Assembly (NCBI GenBank): GCA_950097015.1 | Contig: CATNEN010000038.1 | Location: forward strand, 21,762,001 to 21,826,000 | Direction: 5' to 3' | Origin: Macrostomum hystrix | Taxonomy: Eukaryota; Animalia; Platyhelminthes | Length of the DNA: 64,000 nt | Shown here: in pieces, positions 47,078 through 58,700 of the stretch | How the letters are laid out: every line of letters begins with the position of its first letter | Numbering within the stretch: position 1 is the stretch's first letter | Made by a program: the position numbers and the translations under genes | The notes under the pieces: model-generated | The model's database searches: none | Told to the model about the DNA's origin: nothing | Seen by the model: only the letters and a program-made list of their open reading frames with translations

Positions 47078-48418
47078 TTAAAGAACCGAGGTAGGCTTGT
47101 CTGCATTAACCGATGGCGTAGCTACAGTCGACGGCACACCGTTTGTGGCTCGCTTTGATGAGGAGGCACCATCCGACAGAGAATCCGCATTCGGAGCGAC
47201 GCTAAGCGATTCGGAAATTTGTTGCTTCCGCTTCTCAGAAATTCTGCTGACATAGCGAACAACAGCCGCGTCACTCCGATGCCCTGTGTGAAATGGTCGC
47301 CGCATAAAAAATCGATTTAATAATCTGCCAATTAAACACACCAAAATGCTACGAATATTCGATCATCATATCGAATAGTGTGTTCTTTCCCAGAACCTGC
47401 TTATGAGAATACCATACTGCCGAATCAGGCCTGACCTTGATTGGCTTCGGAAACAAAACATCCGTTCCTTGAGGCAGCTTAGACACGTACAGGTCCACCG
47501 CTTCTACTGGACAATTCTGGCCTTGGATACTGAACATTCTTATCTGCTTGCTTGTCCTGCACTTGCCACGGTCTTCGGCAGTGATAGTGTTCTCCCGACC
47601 AGTTTGGATCATGTAAATGCACCTCACATTATTGACCACAGAGAATTGCAGTGAAGACAACTTCATATCCCTAATCCATTCACGACCTCGAAATACGAAA
47701 TGGTAGACGATATTAAAAAACACTTCATCCTGAACCCGCACTGGATCCCGTCGAGTGAAATATTGTTTCAGAAGCTCCGAAACGACGCGATCACGGATCA
47801 TGTCGGAATCCGTGATCGCGCTGAATCCAGGCTGTTCGCCCGAAGTTCGCTCTCGTAGCTGGCAACTAAGGCGCAGAATTGCACACGAATAGGTTTCGTT
47901 GCTCAGCCGGAATACTTCGTTGCCAATGACATCAATGGCGCGTGTCTCCTTTACAAATCGGTGAATGCTTGCCCGAAAGCCACGAATCGTATCCGGTGCA
48001 TAGGTCTTCGTTTCAAGCGCAGGATTCGCTCGCAGACTAACATACCTAGGCGAAGATAGCCGTCTAAGTAGCGCAACGGCATGCTCTCGATGTCGTCAGG
48101 CAGGTTTTTCTCTCGAAGAAATTTCTTGAACCGATCAACGTGATTCTTAGTAGTCGCAACGGTGGATGGTGACTTGGACGATTGTTCAAGACGTTTGATG
48201 TCCTCTAGCTCTTGCACATCCAAATCACGATACGAAACTTCCGGATCCCGTAGATCCGTCAGAAATGTCTCCACCTCATTGAGGTCCAGGATTGGCAGTC
48301 CCGACCACTGATCGATCGTCGCCTCGGCGCACTTGGACAATTTGGACATGAAATCGAATTCAGCACTATCCAAGCCACTATCTCCAGTGGCAATTCGTTG
48401 CAAGTTAATCATTTTCAT
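47078..48418 (-). pseudogene. Decayed Crypton-type tyrosine recombinase (DUF3504/KCTD1-ZMYM-like); element ~46730-48620
   Basis: Motifs YAPDTIRGFRASIHRF, FRGREW, CPVEAVDLYVSKLP, WYS..VLGKNTL, TGHRS...Y. Frameshift at ~48046; stop at 47349 with loss of the HxxR segment. Confidence 0.8.
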
Positions 48419-48997
48419 GTTAACGCTCCTGAATTATATTCTCTCCCTCCGAATTCTCTCGGCTTCTTAAAAAAATAGAGTAAAATCTCAGTTTTCCATA
48501 GACTAAAGTGCCGGGCAGGAATGATATAGTAATAAACGGCTATGAGTGCTGCAATGTTTTTAACCGAGGGCGCGTAGCGCCCTATTGTATAGCGCCCCAT
48601 TGTATACTTTTGGACCACAGACTGCAGTTGGGGCGTGCAACAATCAGTCTCACGGAGCGGATATAGCCAGCGGTCTCGCGGGGCGTGCAGCAATCGATTA
48701 TTTTGTCGATTGGTGCACGCCCGAAATGTCTATGGTCCAAAAGTAGACCGCCTGACTTAGGGCAGCAAGAGAACTCAGTTTGGGGAAGGCTGTAAGACAG
48801 CGAGACGAGCCGCTGGGGTTCGGGACATAGACAGTAAAGGCGTGCAACAATCAGGCTTCATTGGTGGCTGGGAAAAAACCCCTCCAAAAGTGTACAATGA
48901 TTTAGACGCGGGCAGGAATGCATTCCGTGCCCGCTACTTTCGTCTATAGATCATGCTTGATCATGCTTGTGGCGCCCTTGAAATTATGAGACAACAC

Positions 48998-49073
48998 AGC
49001 TCTGTCTAAGGATTTTCGGGTCGAAATGAGAGGAATTCCACTCATTTCGACCCTCAATTCCATAGACAGAACT
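48998..49073. repeat. 76-bp imperfect palindrome
   Basis: gggtcgaaatgag-a-ggaattcc-a-ctcatttcgaccc core, extended by tctgtcta/tagacaga arms. Confidence 0.9.
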
Positions 49074-49794
49074 ATTAGTTGGCTATGCAATAGCTTTGCT
49101 ATTTATATTTAGATTGTTGAGTTTTTGCATACTTTTCGGTAGGCTATTTTTATAAACTGCGCAGCTAACTAGCGGTCGGTCGACTAATTATATTTTTATC
49201 TAAGTCTAATCTGTCGATCAGATGCACAGAATCGGATGTATCGGACAGGTTACACTCAAGAACCACAAGAAGAAGTATTTTTAGTTGTCCAGTTGATTAT
49301 TCTACAATAAAACATTTAAAAAAAATTATTTATTTATTTATTATGTATTTTCCTAAAAATTAACTATATATTACTATATCATGCTTTATTAAAGAACTTT
49401 ATGTTTATGTTATCTATGTATTCGATTATCGGAAGAAATTAAGCTGATGTTTTTGTTAATTTTACTGACAGTTTCCAAGAAACTGTACATTTTGAAATTC
49501 TTAGTAATCTTTATTCCACGATGATGCGCACAGTACACACACACCCGCACGTAAAACAACCTGCGTAGTAAACTCGCTCTTATACGCCTACCATCTTTTC
49601 ATACCTAATCCCAACTGAGTTGAATATCTAAAAATTAACCTTTTTCAAAAGTCTGGTGCTTTTGAAACTGATTTCTGGAAGATCTGGCTTCCTAAATCAT
49701 TATATTACTATTACCCAAGTTCCCATTTATTTTAAGGCTTATATTTATTTATTGCTTAAATAGCTATCGATATTGGACAAAGTGAAGTCTAAAA

Positions 49795-52700
49795 ATGTTA
49801 CCTAAAGAGTTCTTGTTGCGAGAGACAAACATTGTATCCCCAAACAATGCCTTCAATTCTCAGACTGCTGCCTACAAAGTTTTAAACATTACACTTGGTA
49901 AGAAAAAACGTTTTTACTTAGGTCACTGGAATATTTTGTATTTGATGTAATGGTCTGTTTCTTTGAAAAAATGTAATTATAATATTTAATAATGCTATAG
50001 AAGACTATAATAATATAAAAATAATGTTTTCAATTGGTAAGAATTATGGGCATAAATTTACTTTTGTTTGTGAAATTATTTTCTTTTTAAAATGTTGAAT
50101 TATGAAACAGATAACGTCAACTGGTAACACAACTGGTGGGAAACATCTTTAAATGGCACTGAGCATTGCTAAGTTCAGTTCAATGCAGTCTTGACTGTCT
50201 CAGATTCCTAAACTGGGTAATAATGACGAATCCAGTACAGAATGCTGCCAAAAGCCTTGGCAGGCCCCAGGTGAAGGCGTCGCCATAGATACTCTTGGAT
50301 ATGAAATTCAAAGAGGGCATCACTAGTGCCATGCATGGCCTGGAATTTCGATTTGCAGTTGCCCCACATCCCTTTGATTGTGTTTGTGTGTAGTGTGGGG
50401 TCATTGGGGTCCACAAAGTGGAGCCTATGATTCACAACACTGTGGTCACCATGACCACTGACAGCATTTGCCACTTGATTATATGCTTGCCAACAGTCCG
50501 TCAGGATCCGCATGCTGGGTAGGATGTACTGCTGGATGATGGGCTAAGCTTCCAGAGACACTTAGCTAAGAAAATTGCTACTTGAGTTTGACAGAAAATG
50601 GTCAATAAATTTTCAGCCAAATTAATTTGACTCAAACAAAATTACTTAAAATTTTGTTTTAACTTTGAGTTTGATTCTTTTTGTAATTAAAGTGTAGCAG
50701 AAATGAAATGACAAGTTGAATCAAGAAAATCACTCAATTCTTGCTTGGTTGACTATGACTTTGACTTAAGTTATTAAGTGTAACATAATTTTCTAAGCTT
50801 TTTGTGAAAGGACATAGTAGCCTTATGTACAAGTTAGTGTTTAAATAGCTATTTATTATTTCATTCTTAGTGAATAGCTAACTTAAGTATGAATGCAAGG
50901 CTTTTAATTAATGTTTTGTGTGTTAAGAACTAAATAATTTTATGCTGTTCAAATGAAAAAGCAGTATATATAAATTTTTTTGTATTCCTGAATTCAAATG
51001 ACAGTACAGAAAATATCAGAGAACTCAGCAATAAAAAACTGAGATTGGTTTGGCAGCATCTTCCCCTAGTCCACAGACTCCCTTTAACTGCTTTAAAAAG
51101 TGCTGCACTTGAAATAACTTTTATTTCTTGCAGCATAAAAAAAGTTATTTTTGATAATGCAGATTAGCTAACACAAACATTACCCCATGCTATTTTTAGA
51201 CCTTGGCAAGACACTACAGGATGTGAAGTATGCCGATTGTTCTGGGGGCTATGTCTACAATTGCACCGATGGATTGTCATCTGGTCGAGTGCGCAATCGC
51301 ATTCTATATTGGTAAATTTAACTATTGACCGGTTGCTTGCGGACCAAGAGAGAACCTGAGAGACGACAGCGGGCCGCATTGACTGCAGAAGTATTCGATA
51401 TTGAAGAGATGTGCTAGGGGAGAGAGGATAAAGAAGAGATGACGGGGAGATAAGACAAGGGCTAGATCTGACGCGGGAGAGACGAAACACGGGAGAGACA
51501 AGACACTGGTGAGATCAGACACTGGAGAGACGAGACACAAAAGAGATTAGACAGGGGAAAGATGATACAGAATACTGTAGATGTCGGAAAAAGCGACGGG
51601 CCGAATTTAGGAGCTTCGAGGGCCGCATCCGGGACGCGGGCTGGAGTTTGCCGACCCCGGTACTAAAGTGTAGTTGTATTATTTAGCCATACCATAAATG
51701 AAAGAAAATATATCAATAATTCTTTGATTTCTAGGCGCAGTCACCAGTGCACCCTGGAATTGGTCGAAGAGTGCTTCGATTGTCCATTGCGCAATGCTCG
51801 AGTTAAGCTTGTATTCAGCGACACGCCAGTACTGCACGTGTACATAGCCGAGATGTGCACGGATGTGTATCTGTTGGTGTGCACCACGGGTGGTCTGGTG
51901 CGCTTTTTATTGCATCATCCGGCTCAACTGGCTGAGACTGGAACTGGATCTGCATCAGCTGCTGGCGATTGGCCCTACAGTGTTCTGCAAAGCGTTAATA
52001 GTACAGCCTACCAGGTAATTGAGTACCAATGCTAATAATAGTTTATTATATCTTGCCATTGTCGCAGCTATCTGTCATTATATGTTAAGACAGTTCAGTC
52101 CATGGACTGAAAGGACGCACCCTAGCTAATGCTGGCATTATTGAAGCAATGCAAAGTTTGTTGTCTTGCTAAATGAAGCTTCAGGTCATCCAGCTTTTAA
52201 ATGTGTACCAGTAAAAGCTAGGGTTTAAATTTGGTAGGCGTGCCGGCTTCTTTAGTACCTGGACTGAAGAACTGTGCACAGCCCTTCTTTAAAAGTGCTG
52301 CGCAATAACTGCGGCTGTGCCACCGGCTCATTATCAGTCAATCCAGTTCTTACATAGGTCAAACCAGTTTGTACATTGGTCAATCCAGTTTGTATTTTGG
52401 TCAATCCACTCTGTACATTGATCAATCCAGTTTGTGATTTTCAAGAGCCTTCTATTTAAGCTCACTTTGTTTACGAATTTTAGCCGTTAGTCATAAATTA
52501 TTTATTTAATGAAAACTCGACTTTTCCAAGGTGTGCCAACCTCGCGGTGCGCCATTTCGCGGTCACGTCCGCTGCGCCACAGCCTGGCTAAATCCAGTCG
52601 ACTGTTCAGCCTTCGCTGCCTACGGATTAAGCGGCGGGGATGTTCAATTGTTGCGCATGCCACCGCCTGGCCAGCAGTTGCAGCAGCGCTCGGTTCAGGC

Positions 52701-55700
52701 CACTGTTGAGCTGCGGTTGAGTTCGCTGTTTGATCGCCTACTCGGCGGTTGGATTTCCGGAGGCGGCGGCGGTGTAGGAGTCGCCGGAGGAGGCGGTGGA
52801 AGCGGCGGCGTTTCTGGTGTTAGCAGCGATGGTGGAGGCGGTGAGTCGTTTATAATTTTTTTTTCTATTGTTAATAAATAATTTTATACTTGGATTTTTT
52901 ATTTGTTTCTCAAAATCCTAACTATCGGTTTGTAATTCTCACGAATTCGTTTTTGATTCTCCCAAAACCTGATAATTCCGCTTAAAATTATCCCTAATCC
53001 TAAAATAAATTTCAAATTATCCTAAATCCTAAGATTCAGTTTAAAATGCTCAAAAATCCTCAATTTGGCTTTTAATTAAAATCCCATTTTCCCAATACCT
53101 TATTGTAGGTGAATCGTCGGCTGACGATGCTCCAACTAGCCTGGCCTTCTGGACAGACGACAGAAGCTCAATTAGCGCCATTCAGCAACAGCAGCAGCTT
53201 CCGCCGCCAGTGATTCTATTGGCCACCACACGGAATCATAAACTGCGCCTGTGGGATTCCGATAAGCGCGAATGCTATCGCACATTCGATCTGATGGCCA
53301 GCGTGTTGGATCCGGCCGCCTGCGGTCACCTGCGCAATCGGGGACATCAGCTGCGATTGGTTAGAGCCGGAGGCGGCGGCAGCGGCTTCGGCAGGCACCT
53401 TCTCGGCTGCCTGTACGCCAATTTTACAGACGATCCGTGCTTTCTAGCACTTGAAGGCTGCGCCTCTCCCGATAAAAGACTGCAGGTTTGTGCCACTAGT
53501 GCTTTTTTTAACTGTTAACCACAGACAGCTCTTAATATAGGCCTTCATTGTTAATTCCTGCATGCTATATTTAAAAGGGCTTCTTTTTAAGATCCTTCAG
53601 GGCATCTATTCAAGATTCTTCAGGGCATCTATTCAAGATTCTTCAGGGCATCTATTCAAGATCCTTCAGGGCATCTATTCAAGATCCTTCAGGGCTTCTA
53701 TTTAAGATCCTTCATGGCATCTATTCATTATCCTTTAGGGCTTCTATTTAAGATCCTTCAGGGCTTCTATTTAAGATCCTTCAGGGCTTCTATTTAAGAT
53801 CCTTCAGGGCTTCTATTTAAGATCCTTCAGGGCTTCTATTTAAGATCCTTCAGGGCTTCTATTCAAGACTCTTCAGGGCATCTATTCAAGATTCTTCAGG
53901 GCATCTATTCAAGATCCTTCAGGGCTTCTATTTAGGATCCTTCATGGCATCTATTCATTATCCTTCAGGGCTTCTATTTAAGATCCTTCAGTGCTTCTTT
54001 TTAAGATCCTTCAGGGCATCTATTCAAGATCCTTCAGGGCTTCTATTTAAGATCCTTCTGGGCATCTATTCATTATCCTTCAGGGCTTCTATTTAAGATC
54101 CTTCAGGGCTTCTATTTAAGATCCTTCAGGGCTTCTATTTAAGATCCTTCAGGGCTTCTATTTAAGATCCTTCAGGGCTTCTATTTGAGATCCTTCAGGG
54201 CATCTTTTCAAGATCCTTCAGGGCATCTATTCAAGATCCTTCAGGTCATCTATTCAAGATCCTTCAGGGCATCTATTCAAGATCCTTCAGGGCATCTATT
54301 CATGATCCTTCAGGGCTTCTTTTTAAGATCCTTCAGGGCTCCTATTTAAGATCCTTCAGGGCATCTATTCATGATCCTTCAGGGCTTCTTTTTAAGATCC
54401 TTCAGGGCTCCTATTTAAGATCCTTCAGGGCATCTATTCATGATCCTTCAGGGCTTCTTTTTAAGATCCTGTATTAGTTCTATGAGAATCCTTCATTTAT
54501 TCTATGAGAATCCTTCATTTATTCTATGAGAATCCTTCATTTATTCTATGAGAATCCTTCATTTATTCTATGAGAATCCTTCATGAAGTATATGAGATTC
54601 TTCATTTATTCTATGAGAATCCTTCATGAGTTCTATGAGAATCCTTCATGAATTCTATGAGAATCTTTCATGAGTTCTTTGAGAATCCTTCATGAATTCT
54701 ATGAGAATCTTTCATGAGTTCTATGAGAATCTTTCATGAGTTCTATGAGAATCTTTCATGAGTTCTTTGAGAATCCTTCATGAGTTCTATGAGAATCCTT
54801 CATGAGTTCTATGTGAATCCTTCATGAGTTCTATGATAATCCTTCATGAGTTCTATGATAATCCTTCATGAGTTCTATGTGAATCCTTCATGAGTTCTAT
54901 GAGAATCCTTTATGAATTCTATGAGAATCCTTTATGAATTCTATGAGAATCCTTCATGAATTCTATGAGAATCCTTCATGAATTCTGTGAGAATCCTTCA
55001 TGAATTCTGTGAGAATCCTTCATGAATTCTATGAGAATCCTTCATGAATTCTGTGAGAATCCTTCATGAATTCTGTGAGAATCCTTCATGGAGTCAATAA
55101 AAATATTTTATGGACTCATTGAGAATCCTAAAATCCAATGAGAATCATTCGGGATTCCATGAGAATCCTTCGCGAGTTCTCATATCTATGAATTCTATGA
55201 GAATCCTAAATGAATTCTATGAGAATCCTTCATGAATTCTATGAGAATCCTTCATGAATTCTGTGAGAATCCTTCATGAATTCTGTGAGAATCCTTCATG
55301 AATTCTATGAGAATCCTTCATGAATTCTGTGAGAATCCTTCATGAATTCTGTGAGAATCCTTCATGGAGTCAATAAAAATATTTTATGGACTCATTGAGA
55401 ATCCTAAAATACAATGAGAATCATTCGGGATTCCATGAGAATCCTTCGCGAGTTCTCATATCTATGAATTCTATGAGAATCCTAAATGAATTCTATGAGA
55501 ATCCTTCATGAATTCTATGAGAATCCTTCATGAATTCTGTGAGAATCCTTCATGAATTCTGTGAGAATCCTTCATGAATTCTATGAGAATCCTTCATGAA
55601 TTCTGTGAGAATCCTTCATGAATTCTGTGAGAATCCTTCATGGAGTCAATAAAAATATTTTATGGACTCATTGAGAATCCTAAAATACAATGAGAATCAT

Positions 55701-58700
55701 TCGGGATTCCATGAGAATCCTTCGCGAGTTCTCATATCTATCTCATATCTCATATCTATTTATATATATTTCTCATATCTATGCTATTATCTATTTGCAG
55801 CTGCGAATCACGCACGCAGTCCAGTCTCCATCACGTGACCTGATTGACCTGACAGTGGAGCCCAGCTTAGCCTGGGCTCTGTACGCTGATCCCAACGGAG
55901 GCTATCGTCTCTACGGCGTGTCGATTAGCAACGAGCCCAGCAGAGACATCAATTGTCAGCTGATGGAATCGGATCAGATGCCGTTGGCGACACGCGATCA
56001 CGCTAGTAGACTAACTCGATCATTTGGCGGCAGAGAATTCGCTACGGATTCTGTTAGGCGAGCGTTGCGCTTATTTCTAGACGAAAATTCACTTGGCGCT
56101 CATTTGGAACAGCTGGAATCTGCTGTGGCTACTATTGAGGAAGCTGCTGCTGGGGGCGATGCCCTGACCTGCTCGCTTGAGTTCATGCGATCTCTGCTAT
56201 TAGACGCTGTGGATACTCTAGCCCAAGAGGAGCTAGCGGCTGCGGATGTGTCAGCTTTCGACGATGCCGACGCTGACAAATTAGATGAACGCCGAGCCGG
56301 CTATGTTGATAGATTCTATGAACAATTGCAACAGTTGCACGCTGTGGATACGGCCGTCTGCGGCTTAGTTGGCGACTGGAATCGGTCTGGCTTTGTCGGC
56401 ATTATTAGGCGCCGATTTATTGGCTTAATGAGGCCGGCAGACACTGCGGAATTGTGTCACCTATTGAGCGAAGCAGACGGTCTGGCGCCTGAGGCACTGA
56501 CTGAGCTGCCAATGCTGGAGGATCCTCAGGTATATTAATTTAGGTTTAGTTATTGACCTTTCGGACTTCTGACCGAGCGGTCGGTAGTTCAAATCCTAAG
56601 CCGCGAGAGACCATTGTGACCTAATTACCTATTGCTTTAGTTATCCCAGGCTGCCAAAAAGGTGCCAATATCACCTAGGGTAAAAGTTCGAGTGGGTGTG
56701 TCGAAATCTCCCGTCCTTGGCCTTTAGAAGCGAAAGTTGTAAACAAAACTTTCAAGTCGTGACTCCCACACATAAACCTCTGCGCTACAACCCCCTTACC
56801 AATAGATCAAGCAACGTAGCATAAGTTAGGGTTAATGAAGGCCACATAAGCGGGACAATGAAGGTCAGATAAGTAGGGATAAATAAAGTCAGATATGTTG
56901 GGATCAACAAAGGCCAGACAAAGGGGGATCAACAAAAGCTAGTTAAGGAGGGATAAACAAAGGTCAGATAAGTAGGGATCAATAAAGGTCAGATAAGTAG
57001 GGTCAATAAAGGTTACATAGGTAGGGATCAACGAAGGTCATTTGAGTATCGTTCAGGCAAAACAATGGCATCATCCCTGAATAATTTTCATCTTCAGGGC
57101 ACCAGAGATTTCCTAGCCGCCGTGTCGGCCTGTCAGCAGTTGCTAGGCAGCCTGGAGCCCGGCCTAGTCGACCTGTTGCTAGGCGAACTGCTCCAATTGG
57201 CTCTCAGCAACGCCAGTCAGGACGCGCCAGCTGTGGCCGCTCGCGCCTGCCAGAGTCCGCTAGTTCGTCGAGCCTGTCACTCGCTGCTCGGCGAAGGCGT
57301 GCTAGAATCTCTATCCGAGCCGGTTAGCGCGTTCGCCACCTTGCTAACCGCTATCGAAGCCATCGACTTTCTAGACGATGTTGACTTAACGCTACTTGGC
57401 GGGCATCAGACACTTGGCAGTGTTATTCAACGTGTTCAACAATCTTCTCAGCATCGTCAGCAGCATCACCAGCTGCGCCAGCTGCTGTCAGCCTGGCCAG
57501 CAGGCGAACTCCTAGCCAACAGTGTCGCCCAATCCGTTGACTCTCGCCTTCGCCTCCTAGTTGCCTGCCTGCTGTTGTTCGCCGAATTGCCTGAAAGATT
57601 TGCCGGATTGCGAATCGAATTAGAGGCCAGATCTGTTGACCTTCTCCGCTGCCTAGCCTTACTGCGCTGGTCCTGCGATCTGGTCTATTCGCCCTCGCCT
57701 ACTCGCCTATTGGAGTCGCTTAGGGCTCAATTGGCCCTACTATTGGCTAGGCCTTATCTAACTGATCTAGATTCAGCTGGATTAGCCAGCATTGGAGATT
57801 GTCCAGCGCTGCCGGCTTGGCACGCTTTCGGCGCTGGCGGCGCTGCTCTACGGCGGCTGCTGCTAATCTCCGCTAGTCGGCAACGCGAAGACGACAATGC
57901 TGAACAGCTGGCAGGTGCTAGCGATGCTGACGAAGCCGAGGCTTGCGCTGTGTGTGGAAATTTCGGCAGAGATCTGCTGCCTACTTCGGCTTCCATTATG
58001 CAACACCTGCTGTGAGTTTTTTCATTGATCAGTGATAATCCATGCTTGTGCGCTAGCTAGTTAAGGATAATTCTCTTTAATGAAAAATCTAGTTACGGAT
58101 CTCTGATAATCCTTACCCGTCACCTGTTCTCAGGTCTCTGATAATCCTTTCCCGTCACCTGTTCTTATGTCTCTGATAATCCTTTCCCGTAACCTGTTCT
58201 TAGGTCTCTGATAATCCTTTCCCGTCACCTGTTCTCAGGTCTCTGATAATCCTTTCCCTTCACCTGTTCTCAGGTCTCTGATAATCCTTTCCCTTCACCT
58301 GTTCTTAGGTCTCTGATAATCCTTTCCCGTAACCTGTTCTTAGGTCTCTGATAATCCTTTCCCGTCACCTGTTCTCAGGTCTCTGATAATCCTCTTATGT
58401 TTACGGATGATTACAGATCTTTGATAATCCTTTTACTTTACTCTATCTTGAAAGTTTGATAAGATGGTACAATTTTTTAAATTTCTAATTGTTTCTTTAG
58501 ATCGCCAGAACGCGGCGGCCTGTCATTTCCTGTATTCCTGCTTTGGTCCGGTCAGCTTGAGCATTTGTACACCTACACTGGCATGTGCCTCGGCTGGGTC
58601 CGCTCCGATCCGGCCCTGTTGTACGTTCTGCGCGGCTTGGCACTGCTAAATCAGCCCGGATTGTCTGATCGAACTGATGCTGAAGCAACGGCTGAAGCTG

